Below, in pieces: positions 15,782 to 24,383 of a stretch of 32,000 nucleotides of DNA. Every line of letters starts with the position of its first letter. Within the stretch, counting starts at the first letter, position 1. This DNA is from an uncultured Chloroflexia bacterium (GTDB lineage Bacteria > Chloroflexota > Anaerolineae > Anaerolineales > Anaerolineaceae). Under the pieces are notes generated by a model that saw only the letters and a program-made list of their open reading frames with translations, was not told the DNA's origin and did not search any database. The stretch covers positions 1,920,001 to 1,952,000 of the forward strand of contig OY969938.1 in NCBI GenBank assembly GCA_963704755.1, given 5' to 3'. Both the position numbers and the translations under genes were made by a program.

Positions 15782-17363
15782 ACGGCACCTCCACCTGAAT
15801 GAGCGTACCCGAGCCGGGTGCGCTTTGGATCGACAATTTCCCGCCCATAGCCTGCACTCTTTCCTGCATGTTCTTCAACCCCAGGCCGTCCGGCGGGACC
15901 CGGCCCACATCGAACCCGCGACCGTCATCACGAACGCGCAGGCGTACCTGCCCGGCCGCCTGGTCCAGGTCCACCCACAGGCGGCCCGCCCCGGCGTGCT
16001 TGATCACGTTATTGAAGGCCTCCTGGGCGATGCGATACAGGTTATCTTCCACGTCGCGTGGCAGAGGTTCCGCCAACGCCAACTGTTGGAATACCTCGAT
16101 GCTGCTGCGGCCTTCTACCGCGTTCAGGCGGTGCTGCAAGGCGCCCACCAACCCGTTTTTCTCCAGCGAGGCCGGGCGCAGCTCGAAGATCAGCAGGCGC
16201 ATCTCCCCCAGCACATTGCGGGCAGCGTTATCCAGCTCGGCCAGGTACTTGTCCACCGCTTCGAAACGGCCTTTCGCCTGCTGGCGGCGGGCCGCGCGGG
16301 TAAATAAGGTCATGGCGTACAGCGATTGGCTGATCGAATCGTGCAGATCACGCGCCAGGCGGGCGCGCTCCTCGGCTACCGCGGTCAATTGAATACGCCG
16401 GTACAGGCGGGCATGATCGATGGCCACTGCCACCTGCCCGGCAAAGGAACTCGCCGTAGTAATATCGTGGGGCAGAAAATACCCGGGGTGCTGGTAAATC
16501 TCCAGGAAGCCGGAGGGCGTCTCCTGGCCGCTCCACAGCGGGACCAACAGGATCGAGACCGGCTCTCCTCCCTCGCCGGCAGCCCCTTTGACGTTGAACA
16601 AGACCGGTTCGCGCCGCTGCGCGTTCTCGCTCCAGGCCGAAAGGCTGCCTTCGTCCAGCGGTGAGGGCGCCACCCGCCCGGTCTGGTAGGCGATTTGCAT
16701 ATGGCCGTTATCGTCCGCCAGGCGGATGACGCAGCCCAGCGCAGCCGTCAGCCGGACGGCTTCCTGGGCGATCAAATCGAGCACCTCTTCCAGGTCCACT
16801 TTGTTGAGGATCGCCCGGGTGATCTCTTGCAGGCTGAGCGCCTGGTGAAGCTGCTGGCTGGTCACCTCGTACAGGCGGGCGTTGTCCAGCGCCAGGGCCA
16901 TCGAGCGGGTGACCGCGTCGGCCAGGCGCACCTGCTCGGCCGGCAGGCGGAAGCCGGGCTGCTGCCAGGCGAACAGCACCAACCCCAGCAGGGTGCCGTG
17001 ATTGGCCAGCGGGTAGATCAGGAAAGACTTGGTTTTAAGGCCGGCCAGGAGAGAAGGCCCGAACTGCCGGCGCTCAGCCTCCGTCACCACCGAAAAGGGC
17101 CGCGGGCTCTCGATCAGATGCGCCAGCAGCACGTCCACGGCCGGGTCGAGCGGGCCGGACCAGAAAGCCTGTTTTTCGGAAAGCGAAAGCATGCCCAGGG
17201 CAATGACCGGGTCGAGCGGCCCGGCCGGGTCGTTGCGCCGATAGACAAAGACCTGATCGGCGGTGGTCAGTTCGATCAGCGTCCAGGTCAGTTCTTCCAG
17301 CGCCACCCGGGTCGATTCGACCGCAGGCAGTTCGGGTAATGTGGAAAACGAGATTTCAACCAT
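15753..17363 (-). CDS. GAF-GAF sensor histidine kinase (HisKA_3 + HATPase_c)
   Basis: H-box LARDLHDSISQSLYAM (HisKA_3), N-box AQEAFNNVIKHAGA, G-boxes DDGRGF and GLGLKNMQERV, and two GAF-like regions at the N-terminus. It overlaps the regulator gene by 29 nt. Confidence 0.88.
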   Translation of the reverse strand: MVEISFSTLPELPAVESTRVALEELTWTLIELTTADQVFVYRRNDPAGPLDPVIALGMLSLSEKQAFWSGPLDPAVDVLLAHLIESPRPFSVVTEAERRQFGPSLLAGLKTKSFLIYPLANHGTLLGLVLFAWQQPGFRLPAEQVRLADAVTRSMALALDNARLYEVTSQQLHQALSLQEITRAILNKVDLEEVLDLIAQEAVRLTAALGCVIRLADDNGHMQIAYQTGRVAPSPLDEGSLSAWSENAQRREPVLFNVKGAAGEGGEPVSILLVPLWSGQETPSGFLEIYQHPGYFLPHDITTASSFAGQVAVAIDHARLYRRIQLTAVAEERARLARDLHDSISQSLYAMTLFTRAARRQQAKGRFEAVDKYLAELDNAARNVLGEMRLLIFELRPASLEKNGLVGALQHRLNAVEGRSSIEVFQQLALAEPLPRDVEDNLYRIAQEAFNNVIKHAGAGRLWVDLDQAAGQVRLRVRDDGRGFDVGRVPPDGLGLKNMQERVQAMGGKLSIQSAPGSGTLIQVEVPYGEDQDPGR

Positions 17364-17469
17364 ACAGTGGGATTAATTGTACTGGATTTTCACCCCACAG
17401 CCGGGACTGGAAGTTGCTTGGGTTGCGCGGGGCTGTGGATAAAACGCGCCCTTCGCCCTCATCCCCCGG

Positions 17470-17496
17470 CCCCTTCCCCCAGAGCGGGGGAAGGGG
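17470..17496. repeat. C-tract/G-tract hairpin CCCCTTCCCCC-agagc-GGGGGAAGGGG
   Basis: An 11-bp perfect stem. A smaller relative, ccccctt-gaa-aaggggg, lies at 1341-1357. Confidence 0.6.
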
Positions 17497-17668
17497 AGCT
17501 TTGCTGTCCAATCGGCGTTTTAAGTAGGAAGGAGGCAAAATGCGCCGGCCTGCCGGGGCAGACCCTCCTCCCTCGTTGCCTTGTTGCCTAATCTCTATTC
17601 TCTTTTCTCTCATCTCTCCTCTCCGATTACTTTTCCCTCCACCGCAAAAGTCTGTATAATTCTTAGTA

Positions 17669-17677
17669 TGGTATAAT
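17669..17677 (+). promoter_or_regulatory. Candidate extended -10 promoter (TGgTATAAT) for the phosphorylase operon
   Basis: tggtataat at 17669-17677. A second TATAAT lies at 17655-17660. No convincing -35 box is present. Confidence 0.4.
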
Positions 17678-17775
17678 TCGACGCTGTTTCTTTCGGGAGC
17701 AGCAGAAGTGGTCGTTTTTATCGACCACAATTTCTTTCTTATCGAAATTATCTTATTTCCTGGCAAGGTGATGGA

Positions 17776-19947
17776 ATGATGATGGACGCAAAAATAAAAC
17801 GCGAAATTCCAAACCACTTCAGCCTGCCCCGGCGAATCAGCCGGTTGGGCGGGTTAGCCTATAACCTCTGGTGGGTCTGGAACCCCGAAGCACAGCAGCT
17901 CTTCCGCCAGATCGATATGCGTTTGTGGGATGATGTCGGCCACAACCCGGTTGCTTTTCTCAAGATGGTTGAGCGCAGCCGCCTGAACGCCGTCACCAAT
18001 GAGCATTACTACCTGGAGATGTACGACCGGGTAATGAAAAAGTTCGATGCCTATATGAGCGGCGAAGGCTCCTGGTTCGCCACCCAACACCCCGAACTGA
18101 GCGACATGCAGATCGCCTATTTCTCCTTCGAGTTCGGGCTGCACGAGTCACTGCCGGTGTATGCCGGCGGCCTGGGCATCCTGGCCGGCGATCACTTGAA
18201 AGAGGCCAGCGACATGGGCCTGCCCCTGGTGGGGTTGGGTTTCATCTACAACCAGGGCTACTTCACTCAACGCATCACCGAAGACGGCTGGCAGGAAACC
18301 CAGACGCACTACCTGGTACTGGAAGACTCGCCCGTCATCCCGCTGTTCGACCAGGACGGCAACCCGGCCACCATCTCGGTCGAGCTGACCGGCCGAAACG
18401 TACTGGCGCGCATCTGGGAGGTCAAGGTTGGGCGCATTTCCCTGTTCTTGCTGGATACCAACCTGGAATTCAACTCGGAAGTGGACCAGCAACTGACTGC
18501 CCGGCTGTACAGCAACGACCTGGATGTGCGCGTCTCGCAGGAGATCCTGCTCGGCATCGGCGGAGTGCGTGCGCTGCGCCGGCTGGGCTACGACCCGCAG
18601 GTCTGGCACATGAACGAAGGCCACTCGGCCTTCCTGGTAGTGGAGCGCGCCCTGGAACTGGTGCGCACCGGCAAGACTTTCGCGGAAGCCTCCGAGACGA
18701 TCCGCAAGAGCAACGTGTTCACCACCCACACCCCCGTACCGGCCGGCAACGACCAGTTCCCGCTTTGGCTGGTGGACAAGTATTTCGCCAATGTCTGGCC
18801 CCAACTCGGCCTGACCCGCGATCAGTTCGTTGACCTGGGCCGCCAGGCTACTCCCTGGGGCGAAAGCTTCTGTATGCCGGTGTTGGCCCTGCACCTTTCG
18901 GAACATGCCAACGCGGTCTCCGAGCTGCACGGGCGGGTATCCCGGCGGATGTGGAACTTCCTCTGGCCCGAACGCCCATCCGAAGACGTGCCGATCAGCC
19001 ATATTACCAACGGCGTCCACACCGGCACCTGGATCGCGCGCCGGCTGCGCCTGTTGTTCGATCGCTACCTAGGCGCCGACTGGATGAACCACCTGGACGA
19101 CCCGAATACCTGGGCCCTGGTCGAAAACATCCCCGACGGTGAATTATGGGCCGTCCGCCAGCACCTCAAACGCAAACTGACTTTATACATCAACACCCGG
19201 GCACGCATCGCCTGGCAGTCGGGCAGCATCAGCCCGGCCCAGGCATTAGCCTCGGGTGTTTTCCTCGAGCCGTATTCGCTGACCATTGGCTTCGCCCGCC
19301 GTTTCGCTACCTACAAACGCGGCAACCTGATCATGCGCGATTACGAACGCCTGATGCGCCTGATCACCAACGCCGACATGCCGGTGCAGATCATCTTCGC
19401 CGGCAAGGCCCATCCCGCCGACGAGCCGGGCAAACTGCTCATCCAGCAGGTCTATCGGGCCGTCAAGGATTCCAACGCCGGTGGGCGCCTGGCCTTCCTG
19501 GAAGACTACGATTTGAACATGGCTCGCTATCTGGTGCAGGGTGTGGACGTCTGGATGAATAATCCACGCCGGCCCAACGAAGCCTCGGGAACTTCCGGTA
19601 TGAAAGCCGCCCTGAACGGCGTGCTCAACCTGTCGGTTATGGACGGCTGGTGGCGCGAAGGCTTCAACGGCCAGAACGGCTGGGCCATTGGTGAAGACAC
19701 CGACCCGGTGGACCCCAACCAGCAGGACGAAATGGATGCGCGCAGCCTGTACGAGCACCTGGAAAATGAGATCGTGCCACTGTATTACAACAATCGCAGC
19801 GCCGACAAGCTGCCGACCGCCTGGATCGCGCGGGTCAAGGAAGCCATTCGCACCCTTGGGCCTCAGTTCAGCACCCGGCGTATGGTCGGCGAGTACTTTA
19901 CCGAAATGTACCTGCCCTGCGTCCAAACCGAGAGCGAAAAACAATAA
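17776..19947 (+). CDS. glgP: Alpha-glucan (glycogen/maltodextrin) phosphorylase, GT35, short alpha-glucan family type
   Basis: YFSFEFGLHESLPVYAGGLGILAGDHLKEASDMGLPLVGLGFIY and the pyridoxal-phosphate Lys motif EASGTSGMKAALNG. Three consecutive ATG codons lie at 17776-17784, so the exact start is uncertain. Confidence 0.9.
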   Translation: MMMDAKIKREIPNHFSLPRRISRLGGLAYNLWWVWNPEAQQLFRQIDMRLWDDVGHNPVAFLKMVERSRLNAVTNEHYYLEMYDRVMKKFDAYMSGEGSWFATQHPELSDMQIAYFSFEFGLHESLPVYAGGLGILAGDHLKEASDMGLPLVGLGFIYNQGYFTQRITEDGWQETQTHYLVLEDSPVIPLFDQDGNPATISVELTGRNVLARIWEVKVGRISLFLLDTNLEFNSEVDQQLTARLYSNDLDVRVSQEILLGIGGVRALRRLGYDPQVWHMNEGHSAFLVVERALELVRTGKTFAEASETIRKSNVFTTHTPVPAGNDQFPLWLVDKYFANVWPQLGLTRDQFVDLGRQATPWGESFCMPVLALHLSEHANAVSELHGRVSRRMWNFLWPERPSEDVPISHITNGVHTGTWIARRLRLLFDRYLGADWMNHLDDPNTWALVENIPDGELWAVRQHLKRKLTLYINTRARIAWQSGSISPAQALASGVFLEPYSLTIGFARRFATYKRGNLIMRDYERLMRLITNADMPVQIIFAGKAHPADEPGKLLIQQVYRAVKDSNAGGRLAFLEDYDLNMARYLVQGVDVWMNNPRRPNEASGTSGMKAALNGVLNLSVMDGWWREGFNGQNGWAIGEDTDPVDPNQQDEMDARSLYEHLENEIVPLYYNNRSADKLPTAWIARVKEAIRTLGPQFSTRRMVGEYFTEMYLPCVQTESEKQ

Positions 19948-19959
19948 CGAGGCCCCAAC

Positions 19960-20487
19960 ATGGTTCTTGATTTTAGCCCCCACGCCTTTCTGATCGCGCT
20001 GGGGATCTTTTTCCTGCGCATTGGCGACATGTCCTTGGATACCATCCGCGTGCTGTTCGTGGTGCGCGGCAAGAAACGCCTGGCCTGGATCCTGGGTTTC
20101 GTCCAATCGCTCATCTTTGTGGTTGCCATCAGCCAGGTGCTGACCAACCTGACCAACCCGCTGAGCATCATCGGCTACGCGGGCGGTTTTGCGACCGGTA
20201 ACGTGGTGGGCATGTTCATCGAAGAACGGCTGGCCATCGGCCATATCCACGTCAGCGTGGTATCCCCCTCCTGCGGTTCGGCCATCGCCGAAGCGCTGCG
20301 TAAGGAAGGCTACGCCGTAACCGAGATCTCCGGGCGCGGCCTGCAAGGCACGGTGGCCCTGCTGCACGTAGACGTCATGCGCCGCCGCCTGGACCAGGTC
20401 GAGAGGATCGTACTCGAAGCCGATCCCGAAGCGTTTATCACCGCCGAAGAGGTCCGTCCCGTCCGCCGCGGATTCTGGCGGGCATAG
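19960..20487 (+). CDS. UPF0316 / DUF2179 family small membrane protein
   Basis: An N-terminal three-TM region (IGDMSLDTIRVLFVVRGKK) is followed by a C-terminal DUF2179-like soluble domain. It starts 12 nt after the glgP stop codon and has a GAGG Shine-Dalgarno site. Confidence 0.7.
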   Translation: MVLDFSPHAFLIALGIFFLRIGDMSLDTIRVLFVVRGKKRLAWILGFVQSLIFVVAISQVLTNLTNPLSIIGYAGGFATGNVVGMFIEERLAIGHIHVSVVSPSCGSAIAEALRKEGYAVTEISGRGLQGTVALLHVDVMRRRLDQVERIVLEADPEAFITAEEVRPVRRGFWRA

Positions 20488-20506
20488 CTTTATTTTTCTC
20501 GCATCT

Positions 20507-20550
20507 ATGGTGATCTCCGCGGGCAACTCCCGCGGAGATCACCATTTTTT
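20507..20550 (+). terminator. Rho-independent terminator (17-bp perfect stem, 5-nt loop, T-tract)
   Basis: The arm atggtgatctccgcggg (20507-20523), the loop caact, and the arm cccgcggagatcaccat (20529-20545), followed by ttttt. It abuts the stop codon of the convergent nfeD-like gene. Confidence 0.85.
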
Positions 20551-21874
20551 ATACCTTTCTCACTTTCAACCGCAGTCCCTCTACCGCCACCACCTCGACC
20601 CGCGCACCTTCGGGGATCGAATCGAGCGGGTCGATGGTTTCGGCTGTCCACAGCTCGCCGGCAAGCTGGACGCTGCCCTGCGGTGCCAGGGAACTGCTGA
20701 CGGTTCCCTGCTGGCCGATCAGGGTAGCCCGGCCCATGACGGCCGGTGCATGCAGGGCTCGCCAGGCGAAGGAGATGATCACCATGAAGCTGGCGGCCAG
20801 AAAAGCCGCCATGCCCAGCACCAGCGGCACCGAAACGGCCGGGAAGCCGGGTGTGCGGGCGGAATTAAACAGGGTCAGCGCTCCGAAAACGAACGAAACG
20901 ATACCGGTGATGGTCAAGGCGCCGCTGGTATGCGTCTTAACCTCCAGGATAAAGAGTACAAATGCCAGCACGATGAAAATCAAGCCGAACAGGTTGATCG
21001 GCAGGATTCCGAAGCTGTACACCACCAGGGCCAGGCAGACCACCCCAATGAACCCGGCCACCCAGCCGCCGGGACTGGAGAGCTCGATCAACAGCGCCTG
21101 GATGCCGATCGAGAGCAGGATGAAGACGATATTGGGGTCGGTCAGGAGTTGTAAGGCATTCTCGACCAGGGTATGGGGCACTTCCTGGACCACGGCGTAC
21201 TGGGTGTGCAGGACCACCGGCTGGCCCTGGAGCTGCAAAGTGTAGCCGTCCAGTTGGCGCAGCAGGTCATTAACGTCGCTGGCGATAAAATCGGTCAGCC
21301 CAATTTTCAAGGCTTCATCCGAAGAAACCGCGGTCGCGTTCTGGATGGTATCCTCGGCCAGGGAGATCGCGGCCGGGGGGCGGTTCGCCGCCAGTGTGCG
21401 CACCGTGGCGCGCATGGCCTCTTTGGTTTTGGCTTCCTCAGTGGTATCGATGTTTTCCCCTTGCGAGCCGACCGGGCTGGCCGCCCCAATGATCGTCTCG
21501 GGCGCCATGGCGTTGGCCTGGCCTGCCAGGGTGATGACCGTGCCGGCCGATGCCGCCATGGCTCCGCGCGGGGTGACGTAAACCACCACCGGCACCGTGC
21601 TGGCGCGCAGGTCCTGGATGATGGTGCTCATCAAGGTAATCGATCCGCCTGGGGTATTCAATTCCAGAATGACCAGCTCGGCCCCATCCTGCTGGGCCAC
21701 GGTCAGGCCGCGTTCGATATAGCTGACCATAGCCGGCGTCAGCGGCCCGCTGGCGTCCATCAGCTTGACCAGCGGTGAGCCGCCCGTGGATTGGGCCGCG
21801 GCCGGCCGCAAGAGCAAACTGCCGGCCAGCAGGTTGAGAAAAACCAGGATGGCCACCCGGTAAAGGCGTTTCAT
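20549..21874 (-). CDS. NfeD-family membrane-bound serine protease (ClpP-class) with C-terminal NfeD OB-fold
   Basis: Signal/TM MKRLYRVAILVFLNLLAGSLLL, ClpP-like ILELNTPGGSI, central TM bundle and C-terminal GELWTAE...VEVVAVEGLRLKVRKV. I prefer the ATG at 21874 (GGAGG Shine-Dalgarno) over the track start at 22111. Confidence 0.82.
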   Translation of the reverse strand: MKRLYRVAILVFLNLLAGSLLLRPAAAQSTGGSPLVKLMDASGPLTPAMVSYIERGLTVAQQDGAELVILELNTPGGSITLMSTIIQDLRASTVPVVVYVTPRGAMAASAGTVITLAGQANAMAPETIIGAASPVGSQGENIDTTEEAKTKEAMRATVRTLAANRPPAAISLAEDTIQNATAVSSDEALKIGLTDFIASDVNDLLRQLDGYTLQLQGQPVVLHTQYAVVQEVPHTLVENALQLLTDPNIVFILLSIGIQALLIELSSPGGWVAGFIGVVCLALVVYSFGILPINLFGLIFIVLAFVLFILEVKTHTSGALTITGIVSFVFGALTLFNSARTPGFPAVSVPLVLGMAAFLAASFMVIISFAWRALHAPAVMGRATLIGQQGTVSSSLAPQGSVQLAGELWTAETIDPLDSIPEGARVEVVAVEGLRLKVRKV

Positions 21875-21932
21875 CGGTGTACCTCCGTAAATGCATCCAT
21901 ATTTAGGTACTGCTCCGGCCAGTTCAAAAGGT

Positions 21933-21991
21933 GCAGGTGTTTTTATTATTTTTTGTGTGCTTCGCACACAAAAAATAATAAAAACACCTGC
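21933..21991. repeat. Perfect 28-bp palindrome (apex GTGC-TTC-GCAC) in a divergent promoter region
   Basis: gcaggtgtttttattattttttgtgtgc (21933-21960) is the exact reverse complement of 21964-21991. It lies between the nfeD-like start (21874, -) and the GH1 start (22218, +). Confidence 0.8.
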
Positions 21992-22217
21992 TTTCTCCAT
22001 GACAGTTGAGTAGTTACCATATTTATATTTATTATAGCGGGTTCGCCAGGGGTTTAGCTCTTCCCGCCCAATCGGTTTCCGATCGGGGCAAGCGGAGAAG
22101 GGTCGAAGCACCGGCTATCCGGAATCTTTTGGGTTGGCAAACCCGCAAATACCAAACAGGATTAGATTAAAATAGAATCTATCCCGCCACAAAAACGTCA
22201 ACCCAAGGAGCAGCAGC

Positions 22218-23594
22218 ATGGCCTACCCACAATTTCCGCCCGGTTTTCTCTTCGGCACGGCTTCTTCGGCTTTCCAGATCGAGGGCAGCCCGGCCGCCGA
22301 TGGAAAAGGCCCATCCATCTGGGATACTTTCAGCCATAAGCCCGGCAAGATCAGCACAGGCGAAGACGCCGACCTGGCCTGCGATGCCTACCGCCACCCC
22401 GAGCGCGACCTGGACCAGATGGCCGCCTTGGGGCTGAACGCCTGCCGCTTTTCGGTCAGTTGGACGCGGGTGCTGCCCCAGGGCCGCGGTCAGGTCAACC
22501 GGAAAGGCCTGGATTATTACGACCGCCTGGTCGATCTGCTTCTGGAACGCAACCTGGCGCCTTTCCTGACCCTGTTCCACTGGGATACGCCCCAGGCCCT
22601 GCAAGACCTGTGCGGCGGGTTTGCCGGGCGCGACTGCGCGGCTTACTTTGCCGATTACGCCGAAGTCGTCGCCAAAACGTTAGGCGACCGGGTCAAGAAC
22701 TGGATCACCCTCAACGAGCCCTGGGAGCATTCCGTCCTGGGCCATCTGCTCGGCAACCACGCTCCCGGCCGGCACAACCCCTGGATTTACCTGCGGGTGG
22801 CCCACCACCTGCTGCTCGGCCACGGCCTGGCCCTGGAGCGGATCCATGCGGCCGCGCCTGGCGCACAGGCCGGCATTACCTTGAGCATCACCCCCATCCA
22901 CCCGGCCACGTCCAATCCGCGGGATGTGCGCGCCGCTGTAGTTGGCAACCAGTTCTTCAACGATTTCTTCCTGGACGGGGTTCTCAAGGGCAGGTATCCC
23001 CAACCGCTGTGGAACCGCATGGCCCTGATCCATCCCCACATCGGGCCCGAGGACATGCAGATCATCTCTCGCCCGGTCGATTTCCTGGGGATCAACTATT
23101 ACAGCCGCGAGTTCGCTCGAGCGGTCTGGTATATGCCCTTCTTTGGTTTCTGGGTGGACCAGGTCGAGACCGGCGGCGCAGAGACCGTGGTCGACGGGCG
23201 CGCCTACACGGCCAGCAGCCGCGAGATATACCCGCCCGAGTTCTACAACACGCTCATGCGCATCAAGAACGAGTACGGCAACCCCTACACTTACATCACC
23301 GAAAACGGCGCTGCCTTTCGGGATGTGCTCGTCGATGGGCAGGTGCACGACTCGCCACGGGTCGCCTTTCTGGAAGGGTACATGAATGAAGCCGCCCGCG
23401 CCATCCGCGATGGGGCCAACATCCACGGCTATTTCATCTGGTCGCTGACCGACAACTTCGAGTGGGACCTGGGCTATTCCATGCGCTTCGGGCTGGTGTA
23501 TGTCGATTTTGCTACCCAGCAGCGCACGGTCAAAGACAGCGGGTATTGGTTGCGGGATGTCATTCGCAGCCAGCCACCGGCGCCGAATGTCTAG
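22218..23594 (+). CDS. GH1 beta-glucosidase
   Basis: FLFGTASSAFQIEG, the acid/base motif TLNEPW and the nucleophile motif YITENGAAF. AAGGAG Shine-Dalgarno site. Confidence 0.93.
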   Translation: MAYPQFPPGFLFGTASSAFQIEGSPAADGKGPSIWDTFSHKPGKISTGEDADLACDAYRHPERDLDQMAALGLNACRFSVSWTRVLPQGRGQVNRKGLDYYDRLVDLLLERNLAPFLTLFHWDTPQALQDLCGGFAGRDCAAYFADYAEVVAKTLGDRVKNWITLNEPWEHSVLGHLLGNHAPGRHNPWIYLRVAHHLLLGHGLALERIHAAAPGAQAGITLSITPIHPATSNPRDVRAAVVGNQFFNDFFLDGVLKGRYPQPLWNRMALIHPHIGPEDMQIISRPVDFLGINYYSREFARAVWYMPFFGFWVDQVETGGAETVVDGRAYTASSREIYPPEFYNTLMRIKNEYGNPYTYITENGAAFRDVLVDGQVHDSPRVAFLEGYMNEAARAIRDGANIHGYFIWSLTDNFEWDLGYSMRFGLVYVDFATQQRTVKDSGYWLRDVIRSQPPAPNV

Positions 23595-23603
23595 AGAAAG
23601 AAT

Positions 23604-23753
23604 AACCACGGAGGCACGGAGCGCACGGAGAAGAAGGAAGAGTTTAAGAAGAGGAAAGAAGTTTTAAGGCAGATCGGCCCGGTCTCCAGACCGAGGCCGC
23701 TCTTATTGGCTGATCAGATATTGCACCGCAGAGACGCAGAGGGCGCTGAGAAG
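23604..23753. repeat. Composite dispersed element, copy B: CACGGAG x3, purine-rich spacer, identical 33-nt core, then CGCAGAG-type x3
   Basis: aaccacggaggcacggagcgcacggagaag at 23604-23633. The core gatcggcccggtctccagaccgaggccgctctt at 23672-23704 is identical to 7227-7259. caccgcagagacgcagagggcgctgagaag at 23724-23753. A degenerate third core lies at 23914-23956. Confidence 0.8.
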
Positions 23754-23972
23754 ATTTTTAAAAAGAGCGCCGTCGTAGGGTGCGTTTGAGGGCTGACTTC
23801 CCAAGCAGGGTTGGACGACCAGAACACTGGCCAACCCTGACGTGCCCGGAACGCACCATTATGGCGCCGCCTTGTAAGAGAAACTGTTATTAAAAGAAAG
23901 ATAGCCCAAAGCAGATCGGCCCGGTCTCTCCCTCCTTTCCGTTGGCCGAGGCCGCTGAGAAATGTAGAGTAC

Positions 23973-24140
23973 GGTGGGTGTAGGGCTCATTTATAACGCT
24001 GGCGACCTATACAACGGCGAGATCTACGAAACCTTGCCCGTAACCCACCGTTCTGTCCGGATGGTGGGTTACGGGCAATATCCCGGGATGGGACAACTAA
24101 TCTTTATTCGCCAGCATTGTTTATGAGCCCTGCACCCACC
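23973..24140. mobile_element. MITE-like foldback: about 33-bp imperfect terminal inverted repeats (28/33) flanking a perfect 16-bp hairpin
   Basis: ggtgggtgtagggctcatttataacgctggcga (23973-24005) pairs with tcgccagcattgtttatgagccctgcacccacc (24108-24140). The internal hairpin is ttgcccgtaacccacc (24034-24049) with ggtgggttacgggcaa (24063-24078) and a 13-nt loop. No transposase is present. Confidence 0.4.
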
Positions 24141-24355
24141 CTACAGCTGCCTTTTAAAGCCCGTAGGTTGGGTTGCGGGCGTATTCGTGGGACTTGGCTA
24201 TAAACAGGATGTTTGGTCATTTAAACCTTGCCCACAGCCTATAGGCCTTTTCAAAAAACTGCTAAAATAATGACGTGGGGGTTTATGCAACAGGGGGTGA
24301 TTCTCACCCAATGTTCTGCCTTCGCTCCCACCAAATGGCATCGCCATACGGCGAA

Positions 24356-24383
24356 TCAGGTTCGAGTCCTGACTCATACCCCA
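24356..24383 (+). other. tRNA 3'-end-like fragment (T-arm + 7-nt acceptor strand + discriminator + CCA), with no 5' half
   Basis: tcagg-TTCGAGT-cctga matches the GGTTCGAnTCC T-loop consensus with a 5-bp stem. It is followed by ctcatac-c-cca. I could not build a D-arm, an anticodon arm or a complementary 5' acceptor strand upstream. Confidence 0.35.

Noticed and set aside
17356-17817. 153-aa ORF on the - strand between the kinase and glgP
   Set aside because: It crosses the G/C-tract hairpin and the promoter-like AT-rich region. It overlaps both flanking gene starts and has no motifs.
19246-20526. 426-aa ORF on the - strand
   Set aside because: It is antisense to the 3' end of glgP and to the UPF0316 gene. 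It has no motifs, whereas the sense-strand genes carry clear family signatures.
21875-22111. N-terminal 79-aa extension of the NfeD-like ORF
   Set aside because: The extension runs through the 28-bp palindrome and AT-rich DNA. An internal ATG at 21874 has a GGAGG Shine-Dalgarno site and begins a typical signal/TM sequence.
22159-22184. Operator-like inverted repeat upstream of the GH1 gene (ggattagatt ... aatctatcc)
   Set aside because: Only 6 bp pair perfectly, with a bulge in the extension, and no cognate regulator gene is nearby. The evidence is too weak.
22680-23609. 309-aa - strand ORF and 309-aa +2-frame ORF at 22460..23389
   Set aside because: Both overlap the GH1 beta-glucosidase gene, which has the NEP and ENG catalytic motifs. 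They are high-GC frame artefacts.
24271-24383. Complete tRNA or tmRNA gene
   Set aside because: Only the T-arm, 3' acceptor strand and CCA can be drawn. No complementary 5' acceptor strand is present. The candidate anticodon region forms only 3-4 nt loops. There is no G3:U70-type acceptor for a tmRNA, and the upstream gggggtgattctcaccc is merely a short hairpin.
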